From Cyanophyceae cyanobacterium (GTDB lineage: Bacteria; Cyanobacteriota; Cyanobacteriia; Cyanobacteriales; Laspinemataceae): 44,558 nt of DNA. Below, one piece after another: positions 29,767-40,450 of the stretch (the first letter of the stretch is position 1; each line of letters opens with the position of its first letter). The translations under genes and the position numbers were made by a program. Below the pieces are notes generated by a model that saw nothing but the letters and a program-made list of their open reading frames with translations, had not been told where the DNA came from and made no database searches. Where the stretch lies: NCBI GenBank assembly GCA_038321985.1, contig JBBQFN010000039.1, forward strand, positions 1-44,558, written 5' to 3'.

Positions 29767-32700
29767 ATGACCGTCATTCAAGGTACATCGTTCGATGATA
29801 GTTTATTCGCCACCCCCGGCAATGATTTTATTTATGGATGGCAAGGCAATGATGTCCTCAATGGCGTAGATGGGGATGATATCCTCTACGGGGATGAAGG
29901 AAATGATAGTCTAACGGGAGGGAATGGCAACGACTTGCTCGCCGGCAGTCAAGGCAATGATACCTTAAATGGTGAGGCGGGTAATAACATTCTCTATGGC
30001 GGGGCCGGGGATGATATTTTAATCGGGGGATTAGGCAGCGATCGCCTGTTTGGAGATGGCGGATCCGATACCTTCTATCTAGAATGGGGTGCAGATACCG
30101 TTACAGGAGGCAAGGATAAGGATACTTTTATTCTGTTTCCCACCCTAGGCGGTAGCAGCTTAGCAGAAGCAGCGATTATTAGGGATTTTAGTCCCTTAGA
30201 AGATGAACTGGAACTCACCGGGGGACTCACTTTTGAAGGGTTAAATATTTTTCAAGGAACGGAAAATTACGCCAATGATACAATTATCCAGGACCGCAAC
30301 ACAGGCCGATATTTAGCAATTTTGCTGAATGTAGCAACGCCTAGCTTTGTACAAGAGGCGATCGCAGAAACTCCAGAGGCAGAAACCGAAGTCCCCTCAG
30401 AAGAGCAAACGGAACAACCGGACGTTGTATTTGCCGGCCCTTCCGTTGTCGTTCCACCAGTTGCACAACCTGGAAGGCCAATAAATAATCCTCCAGTTGA
30501 TAATCCTCCAGTTGATAATCCTCCAATTGATAATCCTCCAGTTGATAATCTTATTCCCGGAACCCTGCAATTTACAGCCAGTCAATTTGCAGTTAACGAA
30601 GATGGTACTTCAGTTATTACCATTACCATAGAACGGACAGAAGGGAGTGCCGGTGCAGTAGCGGCAACTATTACCCTTACGGATGACACGGGAACGGCTC
30701 CCGATGACTATGACAATACACCTATTTTAGTTAGCTTTGCCGATGGGGATACTGCTCTTAAAACCATTGAAGTTCCGATTGTTGATGATACTCTAATTGA
30801 AGGAACCGAAATGGTTCTTTTAACCCTGACTAATCCAACGGGAGGTGCAATTTTAGGCTCTCCTATAACCGCGACATTAGACATTTTAGATAATGAGATA
30901 CCCACTCCCGGCACTTTACAATTTAGTGCCGCTAATTTTACAGTGGATGAAGAAGGTACTCCGGTGATGGAAGTGACGGTGACTCGGGGTGGCGGGACTC
31001 AGGGTGCGGTGACGGTTCAAGTGATTCCTGTTGATGGGACGGCAACGGCACCGGATGATTATGATAATACTCCGATTACCGTTAGTTTTGCTGATGGGGA
31101 TAATCAAGCCAAGATTGTCACGATTCCGATTGTTGATGATGAGTTGCTAGAAGGGGATGAAACGGTTAATTTAAGTTTATTTAATCCCACGGGAGGCGCA
31201 TCCTTAGGCAATGAAAAGACAGCCACCTTAACCATTCTTGATACCGATCGCCCTGGGGAAATTCAATTTAGCACCTCCACCTACAGCATTCGGGAAGATG
31301 GGGGTAGCGCCACAATTACTGTTACTCGTGACAGTGCGATCGGGTCTGTCAGTGTTGATTATGCCACTGAAACTCCCAATACCGCTAATCCTGCCATGGC
31401 AGATGCAGACTATATTCCTACTCAAGGGACTCTGACTTTTAATGCGGGGGAAACTACGAAAACCCTCACGATTCCCATTTTAAATGATGACTTAGTAGAG
31501 GGAACGGAGACAGTGCAAATTGCGCTGGCTAATCCTTCTAATGGTGCAATTTTAGGGGAAAATGCCACGGCTATTTTAGAAATTTTAGACCATGAACCCG
31601 GATCGTTAGAATTTATCAATGCCAGTTCCAGTGGGTTAGAAGGCAACAGTGGCGCTGCGGTGGATACGGTGGTGGGTAAAATTAGCCGCAGTGGAGGCAG
31701 TGATGGGGAAGTCACGGTGCAGGTGGTGTTAGATAATCCGGCAGGAACGGCGACCCTCGGGGAAGATTATACCGCAACCTTTCCAATTACGGTGACCTTT
31801 GCCGATGGAGAAACAGCCGATCGCGATGTGGTGATACCCCTTGTGGGAGATTTGGTGAATGAACCGGATGAAACCCTTCAGTTACAATTAGTCAATCCAA
31901 CGAATAGTGTCCTGTTGGGAACCCAAAACACTACGATTTATACTCTGGTTAATGATGATGGCGGGATTAATATTCCCACTGCATCAAATTTCAATGCAGA
32001 GAATGTGATCACCCCAGGGGGAACAAGTCACACCTTTACCATTGATTATGCCGATAATGTAGCGATCGCCCTCAGTAGTTTGGATAATTCTGATATTCTC
32101 GTTACCCAACCCAATGGTTTGTCAATCCCTGCTACTTTTGTGAGTGTAAATCCCCTAGGCGACGGGACCCCACGCACGGTAACCTATCAAATTGCTGCAC
32201 CCGGTGGCAGTTGGGATACCTCAGACAATGCCACTTATACCGTACTCTTACAAGAGAATCAAGTCACGGATACGAGTGGAAATGCCATCCCCAATTCAAC
32301 TCTCGGTAGCTTTAATGTGAATGTGGATACCCTAGCACCCACGGCGAGTAATTTGGGGGTAACTGATGTAAATACCAGTGGAGGGACAATACACACTTTT
32401 ACCGTGGATTATGCTGATAATGTGGCGGTTGATATCAGTAGTTTGGATAGTTCGGATATCCAAATTACGGGACCGAATGGATTCAACGGTTTAGCGACTT
32501 TAGTCAGTGTTAACAGCACTGAAAATGGCACGCCGCGCACCGCTACTTATCAGATGACTGCGCCAGGGGAAACTTGGGATAGTGGGGATAATGGCATTTA
32601 TGCGATCGCCCTTGTGGGAAATCAGGTATTAGATACCAGTGGCAATGCTGTGCCTGCTGCTAATCTCGGCAGTTTCACCGTCAATTCTCCCTTATCCCTC

Positions 32701-34092
32701 GATCCAACGGTAACCCTGGAAGTGTTACCACAGCAGGTTTATGAAGATAGTGGTGCACCACTAACTTATACCTTTACCCGCACCGATAGCATAAATAACC
32801 CTCTAACCAGTCCTTTAACGGCCAATTTTACCGTCGGAGGAACGGCAATCTTTAATATCGAGTCAGGAGACTACAATCAGACGGGTGCTGATACATTTAA
32901 TACAACTGGAACTGTCACCTTTGCACCGAATGCTTCAACGGCGATCGTTACGATCACGCCCGTGGCGAATACCCAAATAGCACCGAATAAAACAGTCGAA
33001 TTCACCTTAACAACGGGTGCTTATAATGTGGGTACTCCCCAGACAGTAACGAGTGTAATTGTAGATGATGATGCCCTTGTCTTAAATACCAACGATAGCG
33101 GGTATGGTTCATTAAGACAAGCGATGATCAATGCGAATTCCCAGGGCGGACCCCAGGTGATTGATATGAACCCAGTCACTGGCGAGATTATCCTGGAATC
33201 CCCTTTACCGGAAATTTATAATTCTCTCACATTTACCGGACCGGGTGCTGATTTACTAACCATTAGCGGGAATAATCTTTATCGAGTTTTCTATGTCAAC
33301 AATGGTGGTACGGCAAGTTTTATTGATTTGACGATCGCGAATGGTAGAGGACACGATGAACCCGTCGGGAGTGGCATTTATAATAATGGAAGTACGGTGC
33401 AGTTAACCAATAGCGTTGTCCGGAATAATTCAGCCAGTGGCGGCAGTGGCGGAGGAATCTTCAATTTAGGAGGTGTACTTAACATCGTATCTAGCACAAT
33501 TTCTAATAATTATTCCTCCCTTGAAGGTGGAGGCATCTGGAATAGTGGAACGCTCAATATCACGAACAGCACAATTTCGGGTAACCAAGTTTATACCGCT
33601 ACACCTTATGGCGGTGGAGGAATTTATAATTCAGGCACTGCCACATTATCCAACACAACTGTCTCAGACAATCTCATTTCTTCCCCCTTTGAATTTCCCA
33701 GTACCGGGGGAGGAATTGCGAATGACGGGGGTACAGTTAATGCGAAAAATAGCCTGATTGCAGGGAATCGCCGGATCAATGCGGACTACCCCGATTTTTC
33801 CGGTATCTTGACTTCGGGAGGATACAATTTAATTGGTGATACCACTGGAGGCAGTGGCTTCGCAGTAACCGATATCCTGAATGTTAATCCCCTGCTTGAC
33901 CCCCTAGCCATTGGCGGGGGAACAACTCCAACTCACCGATTACAACCTGGGAGTCCAGCTATTGATGCTGGGAATGCCAGCTTTCCCTCGCCCTATATAT
34001 CCCCTCTACCCTTTGACCAACGGGGAGAGGGGTACGATCGCATCATAAATAATCTAATCGATATCGGCTCATACGAGTATCCAGCCAGTTGA
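29767..34092 (+). CDS. Large Ca-binding surface protein: N-terminal RTX repeats, four Calx-beta domains, two Ig-like repeats, C-terminal beta-helix (choice-of-anchor-Q-like)
   Basis: GxxGNDxLxG nonapeptides, Calx-beta (GTLQF, TAPDDY, IPIVDD, EGDETV), NTNDSGYGSLRQA, GGGIYN repeats, GSPAIDAG, DQRG, IDIGSYE. Confidence 0.9.
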   Translation: MTVIQGTSFDDSLFATPGNDFIYGWQGNDVLNGVDGDDILYGDEGNDSLTGGNGNDLLAGSQGNDTLNGEAGNNILYGGAGDDILIGGLGSDRLFGDGGSDTFYLEWGADTVTGGKDKDTFILFPTLGGSSLAEAAIIRDFSPLEDELELTGGLTFEGLNIFQGTENYANDTIIQDRNTGRYLAILLNVATPSFVQEAIAETPEAETEVPSEEQTEQPDVVFAGPSVVVPPVAQPGRPINNPPVDNPPVDNPPIDNPPVDNLIPGTLQFTASQFAVNEDGTSVITITIERTEGSAGAVAATITLTDDTGTAPDDYDNTPILVSFADGDTALKTIEVPIVDDTLIEGTEMVLLTLTNPTGGAILGSPITATLDILDNEIPTPGTLQFSAANFTVDEEGTPVMEVTVTRGGGTQGAVTVQVIPVDGTATAPDDYDNTPITVSFADGDNQAKIVTIPIVDDELLEGDETVNLSLFNPTGGASLGNEKTATLTILDTDRPGEIQFSTSTYSIREDGGSATITVTRDSAIGSVSVDYATETPNTANPAMADADYIPTQGTLTFNAGETTKTLTIPILNDDLVEGTETVQIALANPSNGAILGENATAILEILDHEPGSLEFINASSSGLEGNSGAAVDTVVGKISRSGGSDGEVTVQVVLDNPAGTATLGEDYTATFPITVTFADGETADRDVVIPLVGDLVNEPDETLQLQLVNPTNSVLLGTQNTTIYTLVNDDGGINIPTASNFNAENVITPGGTSHTFTIDYADNVAIALSSLDNSDILVTQPNGLSIPATFVSVNPLGDGTPRTVTYQIAAPGGSWDTSDNATYTVLLQENQVTDTSGNAIPNSTLGSFNVNVDTLAPTASNLGVTDVNTSGGTIHTFTVDYADNVAVDISSLDSSDIQITGPNGFNGLATLVSVNSTENGTPRTATYQMTAPGETWDSGDNGIYAIALVGNQVLDTSGNAVPAANLGSFTVNSPLSLDPTVTLEVLPQQVYEDSGAPLTYTFTRTDSINNPLTSPLTANFTVGGTAIFNIESGDYNQTGADTFNTTGTVTFAPNASTAIVTITPVANTQIAPNKTVEFTLTTGAYNVGTPQTVTSVIVDDDALVLNTNDSGYGSLRQAMINANSQGGPQVIDMNPVTGEIILESPLPEIYNSLTFTGPGADLLTISGNNLYRVFYVNNGGTASFIDLTIANGRGHDEPVGSGIYNNGSTVQLTNSVVRNNSASGGSGGGIFNLGGVLNIVSSTISNNYSSLEGGGIWNSGTLNITNSTISGNQVYTATPYGGGGIYNSGTATLSNTTVSDNLISSPFEFPSTGGGIANDGGTVNAKNSLIAGNRRINADYPDFSGILTSGGYNLIGDTTGGSGFAVTDILNVNPLLDPLAIGGGTTPTHRLQPGSPAIDAGNASFPSPYISPLPFDQRGEGYDRIINNLIDIGSYEYPAS
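30484..30550 (+). repeat. About 4.5 copies of a 15-bp repeat encoding a DNPP(V/I) linker
   Basis: GATAATCCTCCA(G/A)TT tandem copies. Confidence 0.92.
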
Positions 34093-34105
34093 GTTAATTA
34101 AAAGA

Positions 34106-34139
34106 ATGGGAGAGGGTGGCGATCACTACCCTCTCCCAT
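34106..34139 (+). terminator. Strong hairpin after the surface-protein gene
   Basis: ATGGGAGAGGGTGG / CTACCCTCTCCCAT. Confidence 0.6.
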
Positions 34140-34302
34140 CCTGGAAACGCCCCAATAAGTATCAGAAATTCGTATAAAAGTCAAGCCCTCACCCATCAAA
34201 TCTTAACCCTAACTTGGGGTGACATTGGCCCTCTATCTCTTGGGCCGGGATTATCCTAACATGATGAAAGCGTAAGCTCTTGTTAGTAAATCCCAATTCG
34301 TT

Positions 34303-35736
34303 ATGGCAACTGGCAATATCCCCGATTCCAACCTCCCCCCCGATCAGGACACCCTTAAGCCCCGAATTGGCCTAGCAACGATGTTTCGCCTGGGTTTATT
34401 CCAAATGGGTCTCGGTATTATGTCCCTGCTAACCCTGGGCGTGATCAACCGAGTGATGATCGAAGAACTCAAAGTCCCGGCGTTGATTGCTGCCGGGGCG
34501 ATCGCCATGCACCAATTTGTCAGTCCCACTCGCATCTGGTTCGGTCAGATGTCCGACTCCAAACCCTTATTCGGTCACTACCGTACCGGCTATGTCTGGA
34601 TTGGTGCTGCCCTATTTACTGCCATTTCCTTCATTGCCGTGCAAGTTGTGTGGCAACTCGGCAGCAGTTTGGAGGCCACCGGCTGGAGTCCTATTACTTA
34701 TACCTGGGCGGGAGTTCTAGCCCTAGCCTTTAGTATCTATGGTGTGGCCTTGAGTGCCAGTTCTACCCCCTTTGCCGCCCTGTTGGTGGATGTCTCCGAT
34801 GAAGATAACCGCTCTAAACTGGTCAGTATTGTATGGTCAATGCTGATGCTAGGGATTATCGTCGGGGCGATCATCAGCAGTGGATTACTCAAACAAATCA
34901 CTCTAGATACCCCGATCGCCCAGTTACAAGCATCGGTGAATCGCTTATTTTTGATTGTCCCGGCAATCGTTCTAGTCCTCACGGGGATTGCCACGGTTGG
35001 CGTTGAGAGAAAATATTCCCGCTTTGGCACCCGGTCAAATAGGGCGAACCGAGAGGACCAAATTGGCTTAAAGCAGGCCCTGCGAGTGTTGACTGCCAGC
35101 CGCCAAACTGGGATATTCTTTACCTTCCTGCTGATTATGAGCATCAGTCTGTTCATGCAAGATGCAGTGATGGAACCCTACGGGGGAGAAGTCTTCGGAA
35201 TGCCGATTTCAGAAACCACTCAACTGAATGCTTTCTTTGGCATGGGGACTCTAATCGGGATTGCCAGTACAGGGTTTTTAGTCGTTCCACGCTTGGGTAA
35301 GCAAAATACGGCCACATTAGGCTGTATTGCCGCAGCAGTCTGTTTGGGATTAATTATCATGGCCGGATTTACGGAAAAACCAGAAATGTTGATGGGGTCC
35401 CTACTCTTATACGGTTTGGCATCGGGTATTATTACCACGGGTGCCATTAGTTTGATGCTGGATCTAACTGCCGCAGAAACCGCCGGGACCTTTATCGGGG
35501 CCTGGGGATTAGCCCAGGCGATCGCCCGAGGACTCTCTACTCTGGCTGGTGGTGCAGTTTTGGACTTGGGGCGCTTCTTATTTAGCGTGCCAGTTTTATC
35601 CTATAGTCTAGTTTTTGCCACCCAAGCGGTCGGAATGATTCTAGCGGTTGTCTTACTGCGACGAGTCAATATTCACGAGTTCCGCGAGAATGCCAAAGAT
35701 GCGATCGCGGCAGTGATGGCAGGTGAATTAGACTGA
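34303..35736 (+). CDS. pucC: BCD-family (PucC-like) MFS transporter
   Basis: About 12 TM segments; RLGLFQMGLG, NRVMIEEL, RIWFGQMSD, QDAVMEPYGG, AGTFIGAWGLAQA. Confidence 0.88.
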   Translation: MATGNIPDSNLPPDQDTLKPRIGLATMFRLGLFQMGLGIMSLLTLGVINRVMIEELKVPALIAAGAIAMHQFVSPTRIWFGQMSDSKPLFGHYRTGYVWIGAALFTAISFIAVQVVWQLGSSLEATGWSPITYTWAGVLALAFSIYGVALSASSTPFAALLVDVSDEDNRSKLVSIVWSMLMLGIIVGAIISSGLLKQITLDTPIAQLQASVNRLFLIVPAIVLVLTGIATVGVERKYSRFGTRSNRANREDQIGLKQALRVLTASRQTGIFFTFLLIMSISLFMQDAVMEPYGGEVFGMPISETTQLNAFFGMGTLIGIASTGFLVVPRLGKQNTATLGCIAAAVCLGLIIMAGFTEKPEMLMGSLLLYGLASGIITTGAISLMLDLTAAETAGTFIGAWGLAQAIARGLSTLAGGAVLDLGRFLFSVPVLSYSLVFATQAVGMILAVVLLRRVNIHEFRENAKDAIAAVMAGELD

Positions 35737-35823
35737 GGCATCAGACAAGAGGCTCATAGAAGCTAATTCCCCTAGATTCAATCGGCTATTAGCCACTGAA
35801 AATTCGCAACTTATCAACAACCA

Positions 35824-36630
35824 ATGAGTGATTTTTGGGATCAAGTTCTAACCTTTGCGGAGACGACCGCGAATAAGGTCGGCAAAGAGCTAATGGCTGA
35901 TTTCGGCCAAGTGCAGGCAGTAGAAAAAGCCGATGGTAGCTTGGTCACGCAATCCGATAAATGGGCCGATCGCGAACTGCGCGATGCGATCGCCACTCGC
36001 TTTCCCGAACATGGGGTCCTCAGCGAAGAAGCCGAACACATCTTTCCGGATACCGAATGGTGTTGGATTATTGACCCCCTGGACGGTACCACCAACTTCG
36101 CCCGTCGCATCCCCATTTGGGGGGTTTCTCTCGGCCTGCTGTATCGCGGTACTCCTGTCTTCGGATACGTCCATTTACCCCCTCTCCATCAATCTTTTCA
36201 TGGCTTCTGGTACGGTAAAACAGGTCTCACCGGACCCCAGGGTGCTTTTCTCGATCGCCGTCCAATTCATAGCAGTTCAGATGAACTTGATGCTAACCAA
36301 TTTTTTAGCTTTTGTTCCCGCAGCATCGGTAACTATGAACCTCGTTTCCCCTGCAAAATTCGGATGTTAGGCGTTGCCAGTTACAATTTTCTAACCGTTG
36401 CGGCTGGAATTACCCTCGGCGGTGTAGAAGCGACGCCAAAAATTTGGGATATTGCCGGAGTTTGGCCGATCGTCCAAGCTGCCGGTGCGGTTTGGGATCC
36501 TTTAGAACCCAACCCGATTTTCCCCCTAATTCCTGGCACCAATTACCGAGATCGCTCCTTTCCCACTTTAGTTGTCGCCCAACCCCCTCTCCTGCCAGTA
36601 TTTGAACCGTTTGTGCAATCCTTGGGGTAG
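35824..36630 (+). CDS. Inositol monophosphatase family protein
   Basis: LVTQSD, LSEE, WIIDPLDGTTNF, WDIAG and AGA motifs. Confidence 0.92.
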   Translation: MSDFWDQVLTFAETTANKVGKELMADFGQVQAVEKADGSLVTQSDKWADRELRDAIATRFPEHGVLSEEAEHIFPDTEWCWIIDPLDGTTNFARRIPIWGVSLGLLYRGTPVFGYVHLPPLHQSFHGFWYGKTGLTGPQGAFLDRRPIHSSSDELDANQFFSFCSRSIGNYEPRFPCKIRMLGVASYNFLTVAAGITLGGVEATPKIWDIAGVWPIVQAAGAVWDPLEPNPIFPLIPGTNYRDRSFPTLVVAQPPLLPVFEPFVQSLG

Positions 36631-36728
36631 AAAAAATGGGGGAGAGGACAGACCCCAAATTTCGCGTCTCTACATTCGGTTGTGAGGGTTCAACATCCCG
36701 ACTTATTGTCGTTTCCTCTCCCCTCTCC

Positions 36729-37634
36729 CTAGTGCTGCCAAAAATAGTCAGCAATAGGTTGATCGCGGTTTAATCGTAATTCGTCGGAAACATTAAATAA
36801 GAGCGATCGCTGTACAAAGGGTTCAGTTTCTAGGCGATCGCCTACTCGTCTTGCCACCCGACTCGGAATTCCATACCCATAAATAATATGCCCTTGACCC
36901 GCCAGGACCACCACTTGAGTTTGGGGATTTTCCCTCAAAAATTCGGTAATGCTGTGCGCCATTGTCTCATCCCACAGCACTTGTGCTAAAAAGAAGTTCT
37001 CAAACTTCAAACTTGACCCATGTGCGGCAGATTGATGCAGTTCAAATACCTCACGCACCATCTGCTGATAGTCGCTATTATCCGTTTTGATTTCGGTAAA
37101 GGGGGGAATGTATTCTCGTTCCTGTGCCGTTAATCCTTCTAACCCATTCCGCGCTACTTCTCGCGCTACTTCCGTCGGTGCATTTAAAGCTAAAATCGGC
37201 AACTGATTTTCTTTAGCAAACCGGACAATATCGGCATAATACTCCCAAGGGAACCCCCAGCGATTCTCATACTCAGTTTCGGCAATCAGTTCAGTTTCCG
37301 TGGTTTCTCCCCGTAAATAGCGGTTGATTGCCTCTTGATAGGGACGCTGAAACATTTCCATTGCGATCGCCAGGTTGGGATTGTGGCGGTGCAGTTCTTG
37401 GATAATCTCTAATTGTGCTTGATGATCCGCTTCACTATCATGAGTTTCCCCTAAATAAATCACATGGGCTTGCTTCAGTTCTTGCAACACCTGTTCTTGG
37501 GGCAAAACTTGGGAAAATAGGCTCTTAACTTCTGGAATTCCGGGAGTAAATTCTACCCCTTGAACCGATAAAGTACAGGCTAAAATAATTCCGAGAGAGC
37601 AAGTGCTTAGTTTAATAAAGTTGGCTTTTTTCAT
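36729..37634 (-). CDS. ChaN-family exported protein
   Basis: IYLGETHD, HQAQ, AMEMF, AQVLWDETMA, LAGQGH, GIP; N-terminal signal. Confidence 0.88.
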   Translation of the reverse strand: MKKANFIKLSTCSLGIILACTLSVQGVEFTPGIPEVKSLFSQVLPQEQVLQELKQAHVIYLGETHDSEADHQAQLEIIQELHRHNPNLAIAMEMFQRPYQEAINRYLRGETTETELIAETEYENRWGFPWEYYADIVRFAKENQLPILALNAPTEVAREVARNGLEGLTAQEREYIPPFTEIKTDNSDYQQMVREVFELHQSAAHGSSLKFENFFLAQVLWDETMAHSITEFLRENPQTQVVVLAGQGHIIYGYGIPSRVARRVGDRLETEPFVQRSLLFNVSDELRLNRDQPIADYFWQH

Positions 37635-37637
37635 AAA

Positions 37638-38405
37638 TTAATTAATTTTCGGGACCTCTTTATTTTCGGCGCTAAAAAATGGTTTGGGAGTAAACCCAGT
37701 TAAGCCAGCAATCAGGGAATTTGGAAAAGCTCGCACCTTTTGATTGTAGGCTTCCACGGTTTGATTGTAACGCATCCGCTCCACTGCAATGCGATTTTCG
37801 GTTCCAGCGAGTTCATAACTGAGATTCTGAAATGCCTGAGAGGATTGTAACTGAGGGTTAGTGGCAGCCGATTGGGTAAAACGATTAATGGCAACATTAA
37901 TTTCAGCGATCGCCGCTTGTTTTTGGGGTAAATTTTGCGCTTGGAGGTAACTTTCTCGCGATCGCAGTAACAAGGCGATCGTTTCTTGTTCAGCGGCAGT
38001 TTGTGCCTTGACAACACTAACCAGATTCGGAATTAAATCTGCACGCCGCTGTAACTGATTCTCAACCTGCGCCCAACTTGCCTCCACATTAGAGACACTG
38101 CTAGAGAGAGAATTATAAGTAAAAATTCCCCAGAGGGCGACTGCGACTCCTACCCCTGCCGCCACCATTTTTACCGTTTTTTGCCGTTCCTGTGCCTGCT
38201 GTTGCTGTTGCGCCTCAATCCGTCGTTTTTCCCGTACCTCTTGAAGCGCTTTTTCTACAAACTCCGGCGGAATCTGTACATCCGAACCTGCCTGCTGCAA
38301 ATCTGCCAGAGAATAGCTATTTTGGGACCCAGAATAGTAACGGGCGGCCAATTCCAGCACTTCCGGGGCCATATCTTCAGGAATTTGAGAATTAGAATCC
38401 TTCAT
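37638..38405 (-). CDS. lemA: LemA family protein with N-terminal extension
   Basis: YNSL, WAQVENQLQRRADLIPNLV, ELAGTENRIAVERMRYN, FPNSLIA. Confidence 0.92.
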   Translation of the reverse strand: MKDSNSQIPEDMAPEVLELAARYYSGSQNSYSLADLQQAGSDVQIPPEFVEKALQEVREKRRIEAQQQQQAQERQKTVKMVAAGVGVAVALWGIFTYNSLSSSVSNVEASWAQVENQLQRRADLIPNLVSVVKAQTAAEQETIALLLRSRESYLQAQNLPQKQAAIAEINVAINRFTQSAATNPQLQSSQAFQNLSYELAGTENRIAVERMRYNQTVEAYNQKVRAFPNSLIAGLTGFTPKPFFSAENKEVPKIN

Positions 38406-38734
38406 CGTCCCACCTCTGCCCGATTCCTAAAAAAATGTTAAATTCTCTTCTAATTTATCCCAAACAATGGCAGCATGGAACTAGGCAGCGTTCTTCTTTA
38501 TCTATGTCTCCTGTTGCCGTGAGTCGATCTAAACCGAGACGCCCACTAGAGACCCAGTTATTTCAATATACCTTAACCCGGGCTAACGCCCGATGAATTT
38601 TACCATTTAAGATTTATTTAATTGATTACTGTTAGGGCAATAATTTGTTTTTTAATGTTCCGTAAACTACATTATTTCAGGCTTACTAATTCACATTCTT
38701 TAAATCGTCTATTTTCCAGATTTTTATTCACAAA

Positions 38735-40444
38735 GTGGAGAATAATATGGTAACTCAATCTTTCCATAAAATCCGTAAAAATAACTTTATTCAATTTTTG
38801 AAGCGCGTACTTCAGGGTTGCTATGGGGCTAAAAATAAACTTAAAAAAGTGAGAATAATTTGGATAAGTTTATTGTGTTTATCTCTAATAGGTTTTCCCC
38901 TGGTCAGTCATGCCCTAAGCGTGCAAGAAGTTCCTAACCCTCGACAAGCCTACGGGGGATGGGTGACAGATATGGCAAATATTCTCAGCGAGAGTGCAGA
39001 AAATCAACTGAATCAGATGATTTCCGAATTGGAGGCAACTACAGCCGTAGAAATGGCGGTGGTGACGGTTCCCACAACTGCACCGGCCCCAACTCCAAAG
39101 GTATTTACAACAGAACTTTTTAATCAGTGGGGAATTGGCAAAAAAGGAGCCGATAACGGTGTTTTGTTTTTAACTTCCGTAGGCGATAGACGAGTCGAAA
39201 TTGAAACCGGATATGGAATTGAGGGCGTACTACCCGATGCCAAAGTCGGTAATATTATTAGCACAGAAATTACTCCCCTATTCCGACAAGGCAACATGGA
39301 GGGAGGAATTTTAGCCGGAACTCAGGGGTTAATTGCCGCGATTTCCACTACTCCCCCCCTACCAACTATCACAGAAGAAACAGAAATCAATCCCATTAAT
39401 TGGACTCCATTACTGTTAGCTGGAGGGGGAGGATTGGCGGCGATCGCCGGAGGTGCGGCCTATCGTCGGAAAAGTCGCCGAATTTTCATTGAACCCACCG
39501 GACGATCTCGCTCAGAAAAACTCTTTCAAAAGAAAAAAGGCCTTTATTGTAGCCAGTGTAAGCACTCCCTAAAAGCCTTAGAAGAAACGGAACTTGATTC
39601 CCATTTAACTCCCCAGGAACAAGTCGCCAAACAACTGGGAAGCGTGCAATTTCGGGGGATATTCTGCTCAACCTGCTCACCCAATCGCCCACTGAGTGGC
39701 ATTCATATTCTCAGTCAGGAAACTCAGTTAGCCAACGTGACAACTTGTCCGACTTGTCAAGAATTAACCATCACCCGCCAGGTTACCCAAATTGTAGAGA
39801 AACCCACCTGGAATCAAACTGGGAAACATTGGATTACAGAGGACTGTCACTGTTGCGATCGCCACGAAAAGATTCTAGAAGATATACCCTGCCTGGAACC
39901 CCCCGCTAATGCCGTATTCCTAGAACCTGTGGGGCGATCGCGAGTGAATGACAGCAACCTAACTCAGTGCGATCGCCCGGCTCATTGTCAGGTTTGCCGC
40001 TATCCCCTAGAAAAAGTACAAGGTGCCGCAAAAGAAGCATTACTTTGTCACTCGGAAACCGTCGCTCAAACCCTAGGTAGCGTCAAATTTATAGCCTGGA
40101 AATGTTCCAATTGTTATCCCGAATCAGCCAATACGTTTGTCCATATTCGAGGCTATATTCAGAGTTCTTCCATTTTGGAATGTTCCACCTGTCAAGAATT
40201 GACCGTTACCCGCACTGAACGAGTCATCCAGCACCCCACAACCTATGGTAGTGGCATAGAAGAGATTCGTGATCACTGCCACTGTTGCGGCCAAGAAAAC
40301 GTCCAAGAAATTCTCCTTCCTCCTTTGCCACCCCCGCCCCCGCCTTCATCTTATAGCTACAGTAGTAGTGATAGTAGTAGTAGTGATAGCGGTAACTTTG
40401 GAGGCGGTGACAGTGGCGGTGGCGGTGCGGGGGGAGATTGGTAG
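38735..40444 (+). CDS. TPM-domain membrane protein with duplicated Cys-rich region and Gly-rich tail
   Basis: WVTDMANILS, LFNQWGIGKKGADNGVL, IETGYGIEGVLPD; TM helix; two sets of four CxxC; FGGGDSGGGGAGGDW; start uncertain. Confidence 0.88.
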   Translation: MENNMVTQSFHKIRKNNFIQFLKRVLQGCYGAKNKLKKVRIIWISLLCLSLIGFPLVSHALSVQEVPNPRQAYGGWVTDMANILSESAENQLNQMISELEATTAVEMAVVTVPTTAPAPTPKVFTTELFNQWGIGKKGADNGVLFLTSVGDRRVEIETGYGIEGVLPDAKVGNIISTEITPLFRQGNMEGGILAGTQGLIAAISTTPPLPTITEETEINPINWTPLLLAGGGGLAAIAGGAAYRRKSRRIFIEPTGRSRSEKLFQKKKGLYCSQCKHSLKALEETELDSHLTPQEQVAKQLGSVQFRGIFCSTCSPNRPLSGIHILSQETQLANVTTCPTCQELTITRQVTQIVEKPTWNQTGKHWITEDCHCCDRHEKILEDIPCLEPPANAVFLEPVGRSRVNDSNLTQCDRPAHCQVCRYPLEKVQGAAKEALLCHSETVAQTLGSVKFIAWKCSNCYPESANTFVHIRGYIQSSSILECSTCQELTVTRTERVIQHPTTYGSGIEEIRDHCHCCGQENVQEILLPPLPPPPPPSSYSYSSSDSSSSDSGNFGGGDSGGGGAGGDW

Positions 40445-40450
40445 ATCTAA

